Shown here one piece after another: positions 34,301 through 50,032 of a DNA stretch of 64,000 nt. The notes beneath the pieces are model-generated. The model was given only the letters and a program-made list of their open reading frames with translations. It was not told the origin of the DNA and ran no database searches. The stretch lies in the NCBI RefSeq assembly GCF_009914755.1, contig NC_060930.1; one strand, written 5' to 3'. The translations under genes and the position numbers were made by a program. This stretch comes from the human T2T-CHM13v2.0 reference genome, Homo sapiens. Positions within the stretch are counted from its first letter, which is position 1. Each line of letters begins with the position of its first letter.

Positions 34301-37300
34301 TAGACAGAACACATAATCATAACATTAAGTGGTAAGATAACTCAGCTGCAAAACTGTCAAGGCCTATTGTTTTCTTTGTTGAAAATGTTTGAATCTATTG
34401 ATTGATCAATATATTTAATGATCGTAGGAGGATTTAGGCACTTTTTCTTGAGTCAGTTCTGGTAAATTATATTATTTATGGAATTTATTCATTTTATACA
34501 TTTTCAAAATCATTGGCCTCAGTTGAGAGGTGGAGTAAGATGGTGGAATAGAAAGCTCCACCTATCATCCCCATCCCTGCATCCCTCACAAGGACACCAA
34601 GTTAACAACTATCTACACAGGAAAAACACAATCATGAGAATGAAAAATCAGGTGAGCATGCATAGAACCTGGCTTTCACTTCATATCTCTGAGAGAGGCA
34701 CTGACGAGATAAAAAAGACAGTAAGACAGTTCTGAATTGCCAACACCACTCCTTCCCCACTCCCCACTCCAGGCAGCTGCAGCATGGTGTGAAGAGCCTC
34801 TATGGGCATTGGCGGAGAACACAGCAATTCTGAGGCACTGAACTGGACAAGAAAACCAGACAAAGTGAGCTGATGACCACCCATACAGGGAGAATTTAAA
34901 TCAGCCCTAGTCAGCAGAGAATCATTTATTTCAGCATTCCAAACTTGAGTGCCCACAAACCTCACCACCTAGGGCCAAAATGTTCTGTTTCTAAGAAAAC
35001 TTGAAAGTCAGTCTAAGCCAAAAGGACTGCAACTCATTGGTAAGTCCTAAGGCTGAACTAGGCCCAAAGACAGTAGACTAGGGAGGCATGTTACCTACTG
35101 AGACACCAGCTGGGGTGGCTCCAGGAGTGCTGGCAATGCTGGCATCATGCCTCCCCTAACTGCAGGCACAGCTCAGTTGGGTACTTTAAGAGATGCCTTC
35201 CTTCTGCTTGAGGAGAGGAGAGGGAAGGAGTGGGGAGGACTTTGTCTTGCATCTTAGATACCAGCTCAACTACAGCAGGGAAGGGCATCAGTCAGAGTCA
35301 TGAGGCCCCCATTTCAGGTGCTACCTCACAGATGACATTTCTAGACATACCTTGGGCCAGAAGGGAACTTGCTTCCTTGAAGGAAAAGACCCAGTCCTGC
35401 CAGCATTCATCACTTACTAACTGAAGGACCCCTGGGCCCTGAGTAACCAGCAGTGATACCTGGGTCCTACATGGAGGGCCCTGGTGAGCCCCTGAGACTT
35501 GCTGGCTTCAGGTGAGACTCAGCAAATAATCAGCTGTGGTGGCTATGGGGCAAAACTCCTTCTCTCTGAGACAAGCAGAGGGAAAAGCAAAGCGGACTTT
35601 GTTTTGCACCTTAGGTACCATCATAGCCACGGGGGGTAGAGTACCAAGCAGGGTCATGGGGTCCCTAATTCCAGGACTTGACCTGTGGACAGCATTTCTG
35701 GAGCTGCCCTAAGCCAGAGGGGAGACCACTGCCCTGAAGAGTGAGTTCTGGGCCAAGCAGTATTCATGACAAGCTAACTTAAGAGACCATGGGCCTCAAG
35801 GGAACATCAGAGGAAGTCTGGCAGTACTCCTCATGGCCTAGGGTGGTGACGGCTATGGGGTGAGGCTCCCCTGCCTTTGAAAAGGGGAAGGAAGAATGAC
35901 AAGAACTGTATCTTGTGTTTTGAATGCTAGCTCAGCCACAATACAATAGAATGCGAGATAGACTTCTATCTAATCTTGTCCAAGACAACAAAGGCGATAC
36001 CTCTACAAGTCTGCAAGAACCACAGTGTTACTGGGTTTGGGATACTCCTTAAAGCAGAAACTGCTTAGATCACAACACTCAAGTTCTTTCAAATAATTTG
36101 TGAAAAGCCTTCCCAAAAGGACAGCTACAAATAAGCCCAGATGGTGAAAACTACAATAAATGCCTAACTCTTCAATTCCCAGACACTGAAGAACATCTAG
36201 TAGCATCAACACTATCCAGGAAAACATGACCCTACCAAATGAATGAACCAAATAAGCACAAGGGAACAATCCTGGAGAAACAGAGATATGTCACCTTTTA
36301 AACAGAGAATTCAAAGTAACTGTGTCGAGGAAACTCAAAGATGTTCAAGATAATGCAGCGAAGGAATTCAGAATTCTATCAGATAAATTTAACAAAGAGA
36401 TTGAAGTAATGAAAAAAAATCACGTAGAAATTCTGGACCTGAAAAATGCCATTGGCATACTGAAGAATACATCAGAGTACTTTAGTAGCAGAATCAATCA
36501 AGCAGAAGAAAAAAAAAATAGTGAGCTTGAAGACAGACTATTTGAAAATATACAGAGAAGACAAAAGAAAAAAAGAATAAAAACAATGAAGCATGCCTAC
36601 ATGATCTAGAAAATAGCCTCAGAAGGCCAAATCTAAGAGTTATTGACCATATATAGAGGGGACAGAGAAAAAGATAGAGGTAGAAAGTTTACTCAAAGGG
36701 ATAATAACAGAGAACTTCCCAAACTGAGAGAAAAATATCAATACCCAAGTACAAGAAGGTTATAGAACATGATGCAGATTTAATCCAAAGATGACTACCT
36801 CAAGGCATTTAATAGTCAAAACTCCTGAAAGTTAAGGTTAAAGAATTCTAAAAGCAAAAAGAGAAAAGAAACAAATAATATATAATGGAGCTCCAGTACA
36901 TCAGGCAGTAGACTTTTCAGTGGAAACCTTACAGGCCAGAAGAGAGTAGCATGGCATATTGAAAATGCTGAAGGAAAAGAACTTTTACCCTAGAATAATA
37001 TAACTGGTGAAAATATTCTTCAAACATGAAGGAGAAATAAAGACTTTCCCAGACAAACAAAAGCTGAAGGATTTTATCAATACCAGAGCTGTCCTCCAAG
37101 AAATGTTAAAGGGAGTACTTCAATTAGAAAGAAAAGGACATTAATGGGCAATAAATAATCATCTGAAGGTACAAAACTTAATGGTAGTAGTAAGTACACA
37201 GAAAAACAGAGAATATTATAACACTGTACCTGCAATGTGTAAATTACTCTTATCCGAAGTAGAAAGACTAAAGTGTGAATCAATAAAAAATCATAAGTAC

Positions 37301-37359
37301 AACAATTTTTCAAGATATAGTTAGTACAATAAGATATAAATAGAAACAATAAAAAGTTA

Positions 37360-38829
<1,470 letters not shown>

Positions 38830-41800
38830 AAAGTAGTGGGGATGAAGTTATGGTGACTATTTATTAGTTTTCTTTCTGTTTGTTCATTTGTTTATGCAAA
38901 TAGTGTTAAGTAGTTATCAGGTTAAAATAATAAGTTATAAGAGAGTATTTGAAAGCCTCATGGTAACCTCAAACCAAAAAACATACAATGGATACACACA
39001 CACACAAAAAGGAAGAAACTAAATAATATCACCAGAGAAAATCATCTTTACTAGAAGAAGACAGAAATGAAAGAAAGAAGACCAGAAAACAAATAACAAA
39101 GTGGCAGCAATAAGTTCTTATTTATCAATAATAATATTAAATGTAAATGGACTAAACCCTTCAATCAAAAGACAGAGACTGGTGAAATGGATGAAAAAAC
39201 AAGAGCCATTGATACAAGAAACATACTTCACATATAAAGACACACATAGACTGAAAATAAAGGGATGGAAAAACATATCCCATGCCAATTGAAACCAAAA
39301 CAGAGCAGGATTTGCTATACTCATATAAGACAAAATAGATTTCAAGACAAAAACTACAAAGAAGTTGACTTGTAGACAAAGCAGTTGACTACATAGGATA
39401 AAAGGGTCGAGTCAGCAAGAAGATAAAACAATTTTAAATATATATGCACCCAACATGGGAGCACCCAGGTATATAAAGGAAATATCATTAGAGCTAAAGA
39501 GAGATATAGGCCCCAATACAATACAATATTAACTGGAGACTTCAATACCCCACTTTCAGCACTAGACAGACCTTCTAGGCAGAAAATCAAGAACAACAAC
39601 AACAAAAAAAGAAAAACAGTCTTAATCTGTACTATAGACTAAATGGATCTAAATATATTTACAGAACATTTCATCTGAGAGCTTAAGAATACACATTCTT
39701 TTTCTTAGCACACATGGATCATTCTCAAGAACAGACCATATGTTAGATCACAAAACAAGTCTTAAAACATTTCAAAAAATTAAAATAGCATAAAGCATCT
39801 TCTCTCACCACAATGGAATAAAACTAGAAATTAATAGGAGGAATTTAGGGAACTATACAAATACATAAAAATTAAATATTATGCTCCTGAATGACCAGTG
39901 GGTCACTGAAGAAATTAAGAAGGAAACGGAAAAATGTCATGAAACAAATGGTAAGGAAGACACAACATATCAAAACCTGTGGGATACAGCCAAAGCAGTA
40001 CTAACAGGGAAGTTTACAGCTATAAGTGCCTACATCAAAAAGAAGAAAAACTTCAAATAAACAATCTAATGATGTATATTAAAGAATTAGAAAAGCAAGA
40101 GCAAACCAAACCCAACATTAGAAGAAAAGAAATAGCATAGATCAGAGTAAAAATAAATAAAATTGAAATGGAAAAAAATACAAAACATCAATGCAACAAA
40201 AAATTGGTTTCTTGAAAACTTAAAGAAAATGGACAAACTTTCAGCCAGACTAAGAAAAAAAGAGACAAGGTCCAAGTAAATACAATCAGAAATGAAAAAG
40301 GAGACATTACAACTGATACTGCAGAAACTCAAAGGATCATTAGAGGCTACTATGAGCAACTATATGCTGATAATTGGAAAATGGACAAAGTCTCAGATAT
40401 ATGCAACCTACCAAGATTGAACCCAGAAGAAATCTAAAACCTGAACCCATCAATAACAAGAAACGAGATCAAAGATATAATAAAAAGTCTTCCAGTAAAG
40501 AAAAGCCCAGGACCTGATGGCTTCACTGTTGAATTCTACCAAACATTTAAAGAACTAATACCAATCCTACTCAAAATATTCCAAAAAATTGAGGAGTAAG
40601 GAATATTTTCAAAGTCATTCTATGAGTCCAGTATTACCCAGATAGCAAAACCAGAAAAAGATACATAAAAAAAGAAAGAAAGAAAACTACAGGCCATTAT
40701 CTCTGATATTGATGCAAAAGTCCTCAACGAAATACTAGCAATCCAAATTCAGTAATACATTAGAGAAATCATTCATCATGACCAAGAGGGACTTACCTCT
40801 GGGATGCAAGCATAGTTTAACATATGCAAATCAATCAATGTGATATATAATATTAATCAAATGAGGGATAAAAACCATATGATCATTTCAATTGATGCTG
40901 GAAAAGCATTTGATAAAATTTACTATTGCTTCATGATGAAAACCATCAACAAACTGGGTATAGAAGGAACATACCTCAATATAATAAAATTCATATATGA
41001 CAGGCCCACAGCTAATATTATACTGAATGGGGAGAAACTAAAAGCCTTTCCTTTAAGATCTGGAACACAACAAGGATGCCCACTGTCACCACTGTTATTT
41101 AACATAGTACTCTAAGTCCTATCTAGAGCAATCAAAAAAGAGAAAGATATAAAGGGCATCCAAATTGAAAGGAAGAAGTCAAATTATCCTTGTTTGCTGA
41201 TGACGTAAACTTACATTTGGAAAAACCTAAAGATTCCACAAGAAAACTACTAGAACAGATAAACAAATAAGTAAAGTTGCAGGATACAAAATCAACATAC
41301 AAAAATCAGTAGCATTTCTATATGCCAACAATGAAAAATGTGAGAAAGAAATCCAAAACAGTAATCCCATTTACAATAGCCACACATAAAATTAAATACC
41401 TTGGAATTAACCAAAGAAGTGAATGATCTCTATAATAAAAACTATAAAACCCTGATGAAGGAAGTTGAAGAGGACACCAAAAAAAATGGAAAAATATTCT
41501 ATGTTCATAGATGGGAAGAATCAATATTGTTAAAATGTCCATGCTATCCAACACAATCTACAGATTCAATGCAATCTCTATCAAAATACCAATGACATTC
41601 TTCAAATAAATAGAAAAGAAAATTATAAAATGTATATGGAACCACGAAAGACCCAGAATAATCAAAGCTATCCTAAGCAAAAAGAACAACATTGGAGGAA
41701 TCACATTATGTGACTTCAAATTATGTTACAGAACTATAGTAAACAAAACAACATGGTACTGGCATAAAAACAGACACATAGGCCAATGTAACAGAATTCT

Positions 41801-42404
41801 AACTTCTTAAGATGGATTCTGTTTCTCTTCTAACATAAGCATCTGTAGCTATACATTTCCCTTTAAGAAGCCTTTTCATTTCATCCCATATGTTTTATAT
41901 GTAATATTTTTAGTTGTTATAGTTGTTATAAGTACTTATGATTTTCATTATGATTTCTATTTTCACCATAAATTATTTGAAACCGTGTATGTTTTCTTAA
42001 TTTTATTTTTTACTTTTAACTTCATTGCATAAATACCAGATAATGTAGTCTGTATGATAATAATTTTACGCAAGTTATTAAGATCTGCTTTTGGCTTGAT
42101 TTGTGGTCAGTTTCTTTGTATGTTATACTATGTGCTTGTTTCACTATGTACTTTTCGCTTGATTTGTGGTTAGTTTCTATATATGTTCTACTCTGTTCTC
42201 TAATTTGTGAGGTGCTGTGTTTTAAAATATTTTTTAAAAGCTTGTTATCTGTGTCACTTAAGTTTTTGTCTTTACTGATTTTTGACCACTGGTTCTACCC
42301 ATAATGAGAAACTATGTTTATCAATAGTGGAGAGAAGTAGATTGACGTCTTCCAGTAGTAAAGATCTGTCCTCTTCTTTCTGTATTATTATCCATTTTTG
42401 CCAA

Positions 42405-43830
42405 ATTTTTTTATTTTAGTAAAATATATATATATAAAATAAAATTAGCCAATTAGCCATTTTAACTATATATATATATATGATTTAACTATATATATAT
42501 ACATATATATGTGTATATATATATATATGATTCAAGGGTATTAATTGCATTCACAATGTTGTGCAACTATCACCACTATCTTTTTACAAAACTTTTTTAT
42601 CACCCCAAACAGAAACTCTATGACCATTAGCAACAACTATGTATTCCCATAACCTCTTATCTACTTTATGTCTGTACAAATTTGCCTATTCTAGTATTTC
42701 ATACAAGTGGAATCATACAACATAGGTCCTTTTGTGATAGACTTATTTCACTTAGTACAATGTTTTCAAGTTTCATCCATGTTGTAGCATGTTTCAGAAC
42801 TTTATTACTTTTTATGGCTCTATATGCCACATTTTGTTTACCTTTTCATAAGTTGATATACACCTGGTTTGTTTTCATCTTTTGGCTATTGTAAATAATG
42901 TTGCAATGAATATTGGCATACAAATATCTGTTTGAGTCCCTGTTTTCAATTCTTCTGGGTACCTACCTAGCAGTTGAGTTGATGAGTCATATGACAATCC
43001 CATGTTTAGCGTTTTGAAGGACCACCAACTATTTTCCATGGAGGCAGCACCATTTTACATTCTCACCAGCAACATACAAAGATTTCAATTCCTCCACATC
43101 CTTGCCAACACTTTTTATTTTCTTTTTTAAAGAAAATTATAGCCATGCCAGTAGTTGCAAAGTGGTATCTCATTGTAGTTTTGATTTTCAATTTCGTAAT
43201 GATTAGTATTGCTCAGCATCTTTTCATGTGACTATAAGCCATTCATATATCTTCTTTCAAGAAATATACCATTAAATTGTTTGCCAGTTTTTAATTGGGT
43301 TGTCTGTCTCTTTGTTTTTCAGTAGTGTATTTGTTCACACTGCTATAAATAACTACCTAAGACTGGGTAATTTATTTAAAAAAAAAAGAGGTTTGACTCA
43401 CAGTTCTACAAGCTGTACAGGAAACATGGCTGAGGAGGCCTTAGAAAACTTTCAGTCATGGTGGAAGAGGAAGCAGGCACATCTTACATGGCCAGAGCAG
43501 GAGGAAGAGAGGGAAGGGGGAAGTGCTACACACTTTTAAACAAGCAGATCTTGTGAGAATTAACTATCACAAGAACGATCCAATCATCTCCCACCAGGGC
43601 CCCCTTCCAACATTGAGGATTACAATTAGACATGAGATTTGGGTAGGAACACAAACCCAAATCTTAACAAGCTGTAAGAGATCTTTTTATATCTTGAATA
43701 TTAATTCCCTATTAGAAATATGATTTGCAAATATTTTCTCCCATTCTGTAGGTTATCTTTTCGATTTCTTCACAATGTCCTGTGATGTACAAAAGTGTTT
43801 GACTTGTACAATCAAGTCCAATTTACCTTT
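42405..43830 (-). mobile_element. L1MB-like 3' portion
   Basis: Antisense 3'UTR 'cattcacaatgttgtgcaactatcaccactatc...tttgcctattctagtatttcatacaagtggaatcatacaa'. Confidence 0.75.
43326..43669 (-). mobile_element. MSTA-like solo LTR
   Basis: 'cacactgctataaataactacctaagactgggtaattta...gagatttgggtaggaacacaaaccc'. Confidence 0.85.
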
Positions 43831-44739
43831 TTCCTTACTATATCTTGAGGCTACTTAGAGACATACACATATCAAAATGATAGACCTTTTAATTAAATGA
43901 ATCTTTTCAATTGTATCTGATAATATTTGATAGCTTATTGTCATTTGCTTATTTTTATGATTTCCTCCTATTTCTTTAAATATCTCTTTTACAACTATGG
44001 GTAATTCTAATCTTAAGTCTTTTGGGGTTTAAATGTATTAGCAATTATTTCTGGTAACTCTTCTTCATGGCAGCTTATTTCCTTGTTTATTTGGTGATCT
44101 TTAATAATGAGCTCATAATTGGATATTTTTATGTGGAAAACCTATGAGTCTAAACTGGAGTTGCATGGGCCAAAGAAAATTTGCATTTGCATCTTTTGAA
44201 AGTTAAGAGCATTTGTGAGCTGGGAACAATCTAGCCCCTTAAAGTTGTGTGGACTAATGAAGAATTTCCACTATCAGCATTTCCACCTTCAACTGTCACA
44301 GGATTTAATCTCCCAATGGATGGTAGCACCAGAAAAAAAACAACTGCCCTCAGGGCAACCTTGGGGCTTTCTGTGATTGCTTTTTGTTCACTAATCTTTT
44401 ATATCCTTTGGATAGTGGAGAAGGATGCCCTCAAAGATTTCCTTTATTTTTTACTTTTAAACCAAAAATAAATTAAAAGGCATATTTGTTCCAAAATAAA
44501 AGTTTATTTTTCATTTGTTTGTTTTTTAAACTGGAGAATTTTCAGAAAATTTATTCTGCCATACTGCCAGAAGGGAAGGTCCAAAATGATCGGTTTCTAA
44601 ATATCACACTATTTCAAGGATAAAATAGATTGTTGCTTCAGGGAAAGCATTACCGGTAGCTGCCCTTGATGAGCTTATTAAATGCTAGGTTTTGCTCATC
44701 AGGGATGCTAATTTAGTAGCCTAATTGTTATAGTTAACT

Positions 44740-44969
44740 ATAAGGGGCCACCTTGATAATGGATCATCTGGCCCCAGTCAGGTCTTCAGATAACTGCAGC
44801 CCAGGCCAAGACCTGACTACAATCTCAGGAGAGACCCTGACCCAGAACCACTCAGCCAAGCCGCTCTCAAATTCATGACATGCTGAAACTGTGGGATATA
44901 AGTACTTGTTGTTATTTTAAGCCACTAAGTTTTGTGATAATTTATTATATAGAAATGATAACTAATACA
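44740..44969 (+). mobile_element. MLT1 (E/F-like) LTR 3' part
   Basis: 'gagagaccctgacccagaaccactcagccaagcc...ttttaagccactaagtttt...gataactaataca'. Confidence 0.8.
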
Positions 44970-47704
44970 TACTGTCATTATTAAAATATTAAGATCCATT
45001 ATTTTTCTAACAGAAAATGTGTACATATAGTCTCTAGGTTGAAATCAGTCTGATGCTGTAGTTTCTTTAAGGATAATTTAGTGAAACCATAAACAACATA
45101 TTTGGATGAATACATAATAAGGACCAAACCATGGTCATTCACTAAGTCAATCATACAAATGCTTAGAAGCAAATCTTATGCCTGACTCAACAGAAAAATC
45201 TACACTACCTGTAAAAAAAGGCATCATAAGAAACTGACAAACATGTTTCTTATTCTCTTTCTCTCAGGGGAACTACAAACATCCAACTAACAGAGTTCTT
45301 CTGTGTTTTGTGTGCACATTTACATTTTCTCCTGAAAAATAAAAGCAGTGCAGAATTTGCAAATGATAATTTCAGATTCACTGTGATTTCAGTAGCACTA
45401 TTAGTTGTGGCAATGATAATAAATTATATCGTTAGTTAACAGAATGCCACTCAGCAATTTTTTCCAGCTTTAACACTAAGGCTTAAAAGAAATTATGCTG
45501 GAAAAATGCAATAGTTTGCAATGAAGTAAAAAATGTCTTCTACATAGTGAATATAATGGTCATTGTTAGTGCCTGGAATATATGATGATTTTTTAAATGG
45601 AGCTCTTTTTGCTTGATCTACTTTTTATTACAGCATGTAGGTGACAATAAAAGCTGTTAAAAGGTGGTATGTTTGATCACAGTCCATGGATACCAATAAA
45701 GAGCCTCTATTTATTTAAATAAAAGTAATTGCTGCTAGTGTAAAATGAAAAAGATACTCTATGTAATCTTTATTTGGACAAAATGAGGACTGGGCCATTA
45801 GTAAGCATAATGCATGAAAACCTCACATGCGCTTGGAGAGAAGCCTTTGTTCAGAAAAAAATGGCAACATTCAGCTACTTGAAGCAGAAATTTACTGAAG
45901 CCAGATGATAGAAAATACAACGAGAACCCATTTTGCTTTACGAATCTCTGTTTTAGATCAGCATTAACAACTACAGTCAACTTTTGGCTCTCTATTTGTC
46001 ACTCAGCCATACTCTTTGTTTCATTGCATTGATTATTTATGTCTTAAATTATAGCTATTCTTTTTTTTTTTTTCTGTGGCTTAAAGAACAGCTTCAAGGG
46101 CAAGCATGAAAGGAAATTCCTGAATTGAGTGAGTACTTGGCTGTGCATGCAGCTCCAAAAGAAATAAAACTGTTTGTTGTCTTGACACACACCTTAGGAT
46201 CAATTATTCTCTCAGTTAACGTAGGCCTCATCAATTTATTTTCTGTACACTGGCACAGTATTGACACGATGTTAATGAGAAAAGCAAATGGGCGAATGTA
46301 AGCTCATCAAAGTTTCTTTCTTTTTTTTTATTTTTTAAAAATCAAAACAGTGTCTTTTAGCATGAAATAGCCCTTATTATTTAAACCTACCTCCTAAAGT
46401 TAAAAGTAGCTTTGACAAGCATTCAATTAAATCTTCTGTAGCACATAAGCCAAGTGTCTAGCTAGTCCATGTTTGAATTCCTCCAGCATTACTCAGCTTT
46501 CAACAAACACAGGTAGCTCACTTAATGTTTAGTCATCATAAATGGAAGAGTTTCTATACCTCTCTGAAACAAAGACAGCTAGCTTGGTTTTCTCCCTGCT
46601 TAAAACAAAGCTGGAAACTTACTCAGTTTTTTAGCCTCTTATATTTGAGGTTAGAATTTAAGGAGGTAAATCATCAATCTGCCATGTCCCTGAAGACTAA
46701 AATGTAACTGATGATATTATTTCATTTATTCTCTTACCTAAATGTAATGACTAGAACAACCTCATACTGTTGAGGAAGTGAATCATCCAGAGATAAAATG
46801 TGTTGCTATGCTTTAGGGTGACTTTGAATCAGAACTCAAGAGAAGAGAAAGCAATTTCATATTAGTCAAGAACAAGCTGTGATGTTAAACAAGGATGCCC
46901 AAGCACATAATTCCACACAACAGTCTTGAAAACACTAGCTTCTCAATCACTTCTTTGTTTTGTACCCAATTTATCTGTCATGCTGTTTCAGCTAACACCA
47001 TGATCAAGCCTTTCATCTCTAGTTTGTTGCCAAGGTATCTCACACATTCAGTAATGACTTCTGCTCACTGGAGGCTTGCCTCACGAACCCTAGCCCTACT
47101 TGGGTTTCTAAAAGTCTGTCTGAGATGGAGAAGAAGCATTAAGAAGTTAATACATCTAACAAATATATCTTTCTAATGAGCAGGCTATACCTTACAACAC
47201 CATGCAAAAATTTAAAAAGATATGTCTATCTTGCTACATGACAGAATTCAGCTTTTAGATGAATAGGCTGGTTCTTTCAGAAACCACCAGAGTATCATGT
47301 CCCTGATCAGAAACAGCTGAAAATTCTATTTTAGTAATTCTGAATAGTAAGTAGATTTTCTGCTGTTCTTCTGTAATGATTTAGGATGCAGACAACTGTG
47401 TTTAGGTAGCAAGTTTTCAGTCCTGTAATACATTTAGTTATGCTTTGGTTTCAGGCCCCCTAAATATACTGACCCCTGTCAAACAAAGCCTTAGAAGGTA
47501 TACTCATGATTTTCTGTTTTTTTTTCTAAAAGAGCACCCCAAATATTTTATGAGCTTTAGTCCCCATGAAACCTAGATCTGCCTGTGCACTTATTTGATG
47601 GACTAGGTATTCTGGAGAATTTTTTGAAGATCCATGTTCACCACCCCCAAAAAGATAACAATCCTGTTGAAGAAATAACATATATACATACCAAAGAATC
47701 ATCT

Positions 47705-47930
47705 GTTAGTATGTGAAAGGTATAGTGTTTGGAGTCAAAGACATAATCTCCAAATCCCAGCTCTGCCATCTACATTCTGTATGTAATTATAGGACAAATA
47801 TATTAACTGCTGGATCCCTTTAAATCATGCAAAAGACAGACATAAATCACTGGATTGTTCAGAGGATTAATAAAAACAAATATGCGAAAACAAAATGTCT
47901 TGCATTTACCATGTCCACATAAATGTTATT
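47705..47930 (+). mobile_element. MIR
   Basis: 'tttggagtcaaagac...aaatcccagctctgcca' MIR core. Confidence 0.6.
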
Positions 47931-48888
47931 TGAGTCATCGTATCTCAGGTTTTATGAGACTTTAAAGAAGATCTATTCAACATTCAATATTTGGACCCTC
48001 TCTATAATATCCCCAAGTCATGGCTGCCTATCTTCTGCTTGGCTATATCCAGTGATAAAGACTAAGGCAGTCCACTTCATATAATTAATTACTTAAATAT
48101 ATGGCATAAGAGTTTCTGGTTTTTATTTTTATTGTTTTTGTTTTATTTTGGTATTCAGGTATAGATGTCTGATTAATGACATCAAAATATATATATATAT
48201 TATATATATATACTAACATTGAGGAGTGAGGTATTGGCTAGAAATTCCCTTTCAGCTCTCTCCCACATGCTAAGGTACTATCACAAAACCAATGAAACAG
48301 TGGGTTCCCCAGCATACATTATAGCCTGAGAATGGAAAGTTGCCTGAGATCCAATTTTGGGCCAGTATATAAAATTGCAATAGAAAAATGTATAAAGCCT
48401 GAGAAGGAATGGTGAGAGTGAAGAGGGGCAACAAGGTGAGAGTAGTGTCATGGAAAATCAAGGAGAAGTTTCAAAAGAGGACATAGTAACATCAAATGCC
48501 ACTGAGATATTATTCTACAACATGTTCTGATAACTATAAACCAGATTCGGGCTCCATGAGATCACTAGTGAAGTGGTGGGTAATTGAGTGGGAGTGAGTT
48601 TTGAAGCCAGAGCATGAAGACAAAAAGCAGAAACTCTTGGCCTTTACTGGCAGGGGGTGGGAGAGGATAGCATTCAGGCAGCACTTCAGAGAGAGAAGTG
48701 AATGAACTACAAACCGCAGGGAAGGAAGCAAACAGGGTTGAAAATACCTACAGAAGATCAAATGTCACATGGAGTGAGGTGTTGGTCCTGGGACAGAGGA
48801 TAAGTGATGAAATTCAGAGCATGGAAGCCTGGGTTAACCTTAAAGCAAAAAAGGGATGTTCTGCCCTTGCAATGAGAGAAATAAAATA

Positions 48889-49245
48889 TGTATTAGTCTG
48901 TTTTCATGATGCTGATAAAGACATACCCAAGACTGGGTAATTTATAGAGAAAAAGAGGTTTAATGGATTCACAGTTCCATGTGGCTGGGGAAGTCTCGCA
49001 ATCATGATGCAAGGCAAAAGGCACGTCTCACGTGGCGGCAGACAAGACAGAATGAGAACCAAGTAAAAGGGGATTCCCCTTATAAAACCATCAGATCTTG
49101 TGAGACTTATTCATTACCATGAGAACAGTATGGGGGAAACTGCCCTCATGATTCGGTTATCTCCCACCAGGTCCCTCCCACCACATGTGGGAATTATGGA
49201 AGCTACAATTCAAGATGAGATTTGGGTGAGGATACAGCCAAACCA
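48889..49245 (-). mobile_element. THE1B-like solo LTR (last ~5 bp and right TSD absent)
   Basis: 'tgtattagtctgttttcatgatgctgataaagacataccc...gatacagccaaacca'. Confidence 0.92.
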
Positions 49246-49494
49246 AAGCCAAGAAATTTCATGCTGTGAGCTGTGGGTTGGCTGAGAGTTTCTAGGCATC
49301 TACTAGTATGTAGACCAGGGCAGCAACTGCTGCCAATACTTAAGAGTTCCAAATAGAACCTTCCAGAGGGGTTGCCCCAAAAGGTAAAGCTAAAGCTGCC
49401 AGCTGTAGCAGGCTGCAGATGAAGGTCACCCCAGAAGGACTCTTCTCAGGTACTTGAGGTGGGAGGTGCTAAGGATACTCACCTCTAAACATTA

Positions 49495-50032
49495 TCTTTT
49501 TATTTTTAAGTCAATGTTATTATGCATATTTAAGGGCTACAACATGATGTTATAACATACATTTATATAGTAAAATCATTACTAGAGTAGATCACATTAA
49601 CATGTTCTTCTTTTCATATAGTTAGCTATTTTTCCTCTGCTATGACAAGAGCAGCTATAATCTACTCATTTGGCAAATATCCCTAATACAATACACTGTT
49701 TTTAACTAGAGTCATCATATTTTACATTAATCTCGGGACTTGTTCATCCTACATAGTTTCTACTTTGTATCCTTTGACCTACTTCTCCCTTTTTTCTCCC
49801 CCAAACCCGCTAACCACGGTTTTATTGTGGTTCAGTGTGCTATCTTTATATATTTGACCCTATTTTTTAAGATTGTACATATAAGTAAAATCATGCAGTA
49901 TTTTTCTCTGTGTGTCTGATTTATTCTTCTAGATTCATCCATGTTCTGGCAAATGAAAGAATCCTCTCCTTTTTAAAGCTGAATAATATTCTATTATACT
50001 ATTACACATTACATATGTATAAGAGTTTATTT
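49495..50032 (-). mobile_element. L1MA 3' fragment hosting the L1PA insertion; resumes at about 61946-62030
   Basis: Antisense L1MA 3'UTR; continues after the TSD as 'tttctttatccactcattcactaatgga'. Confidence 0.7.
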
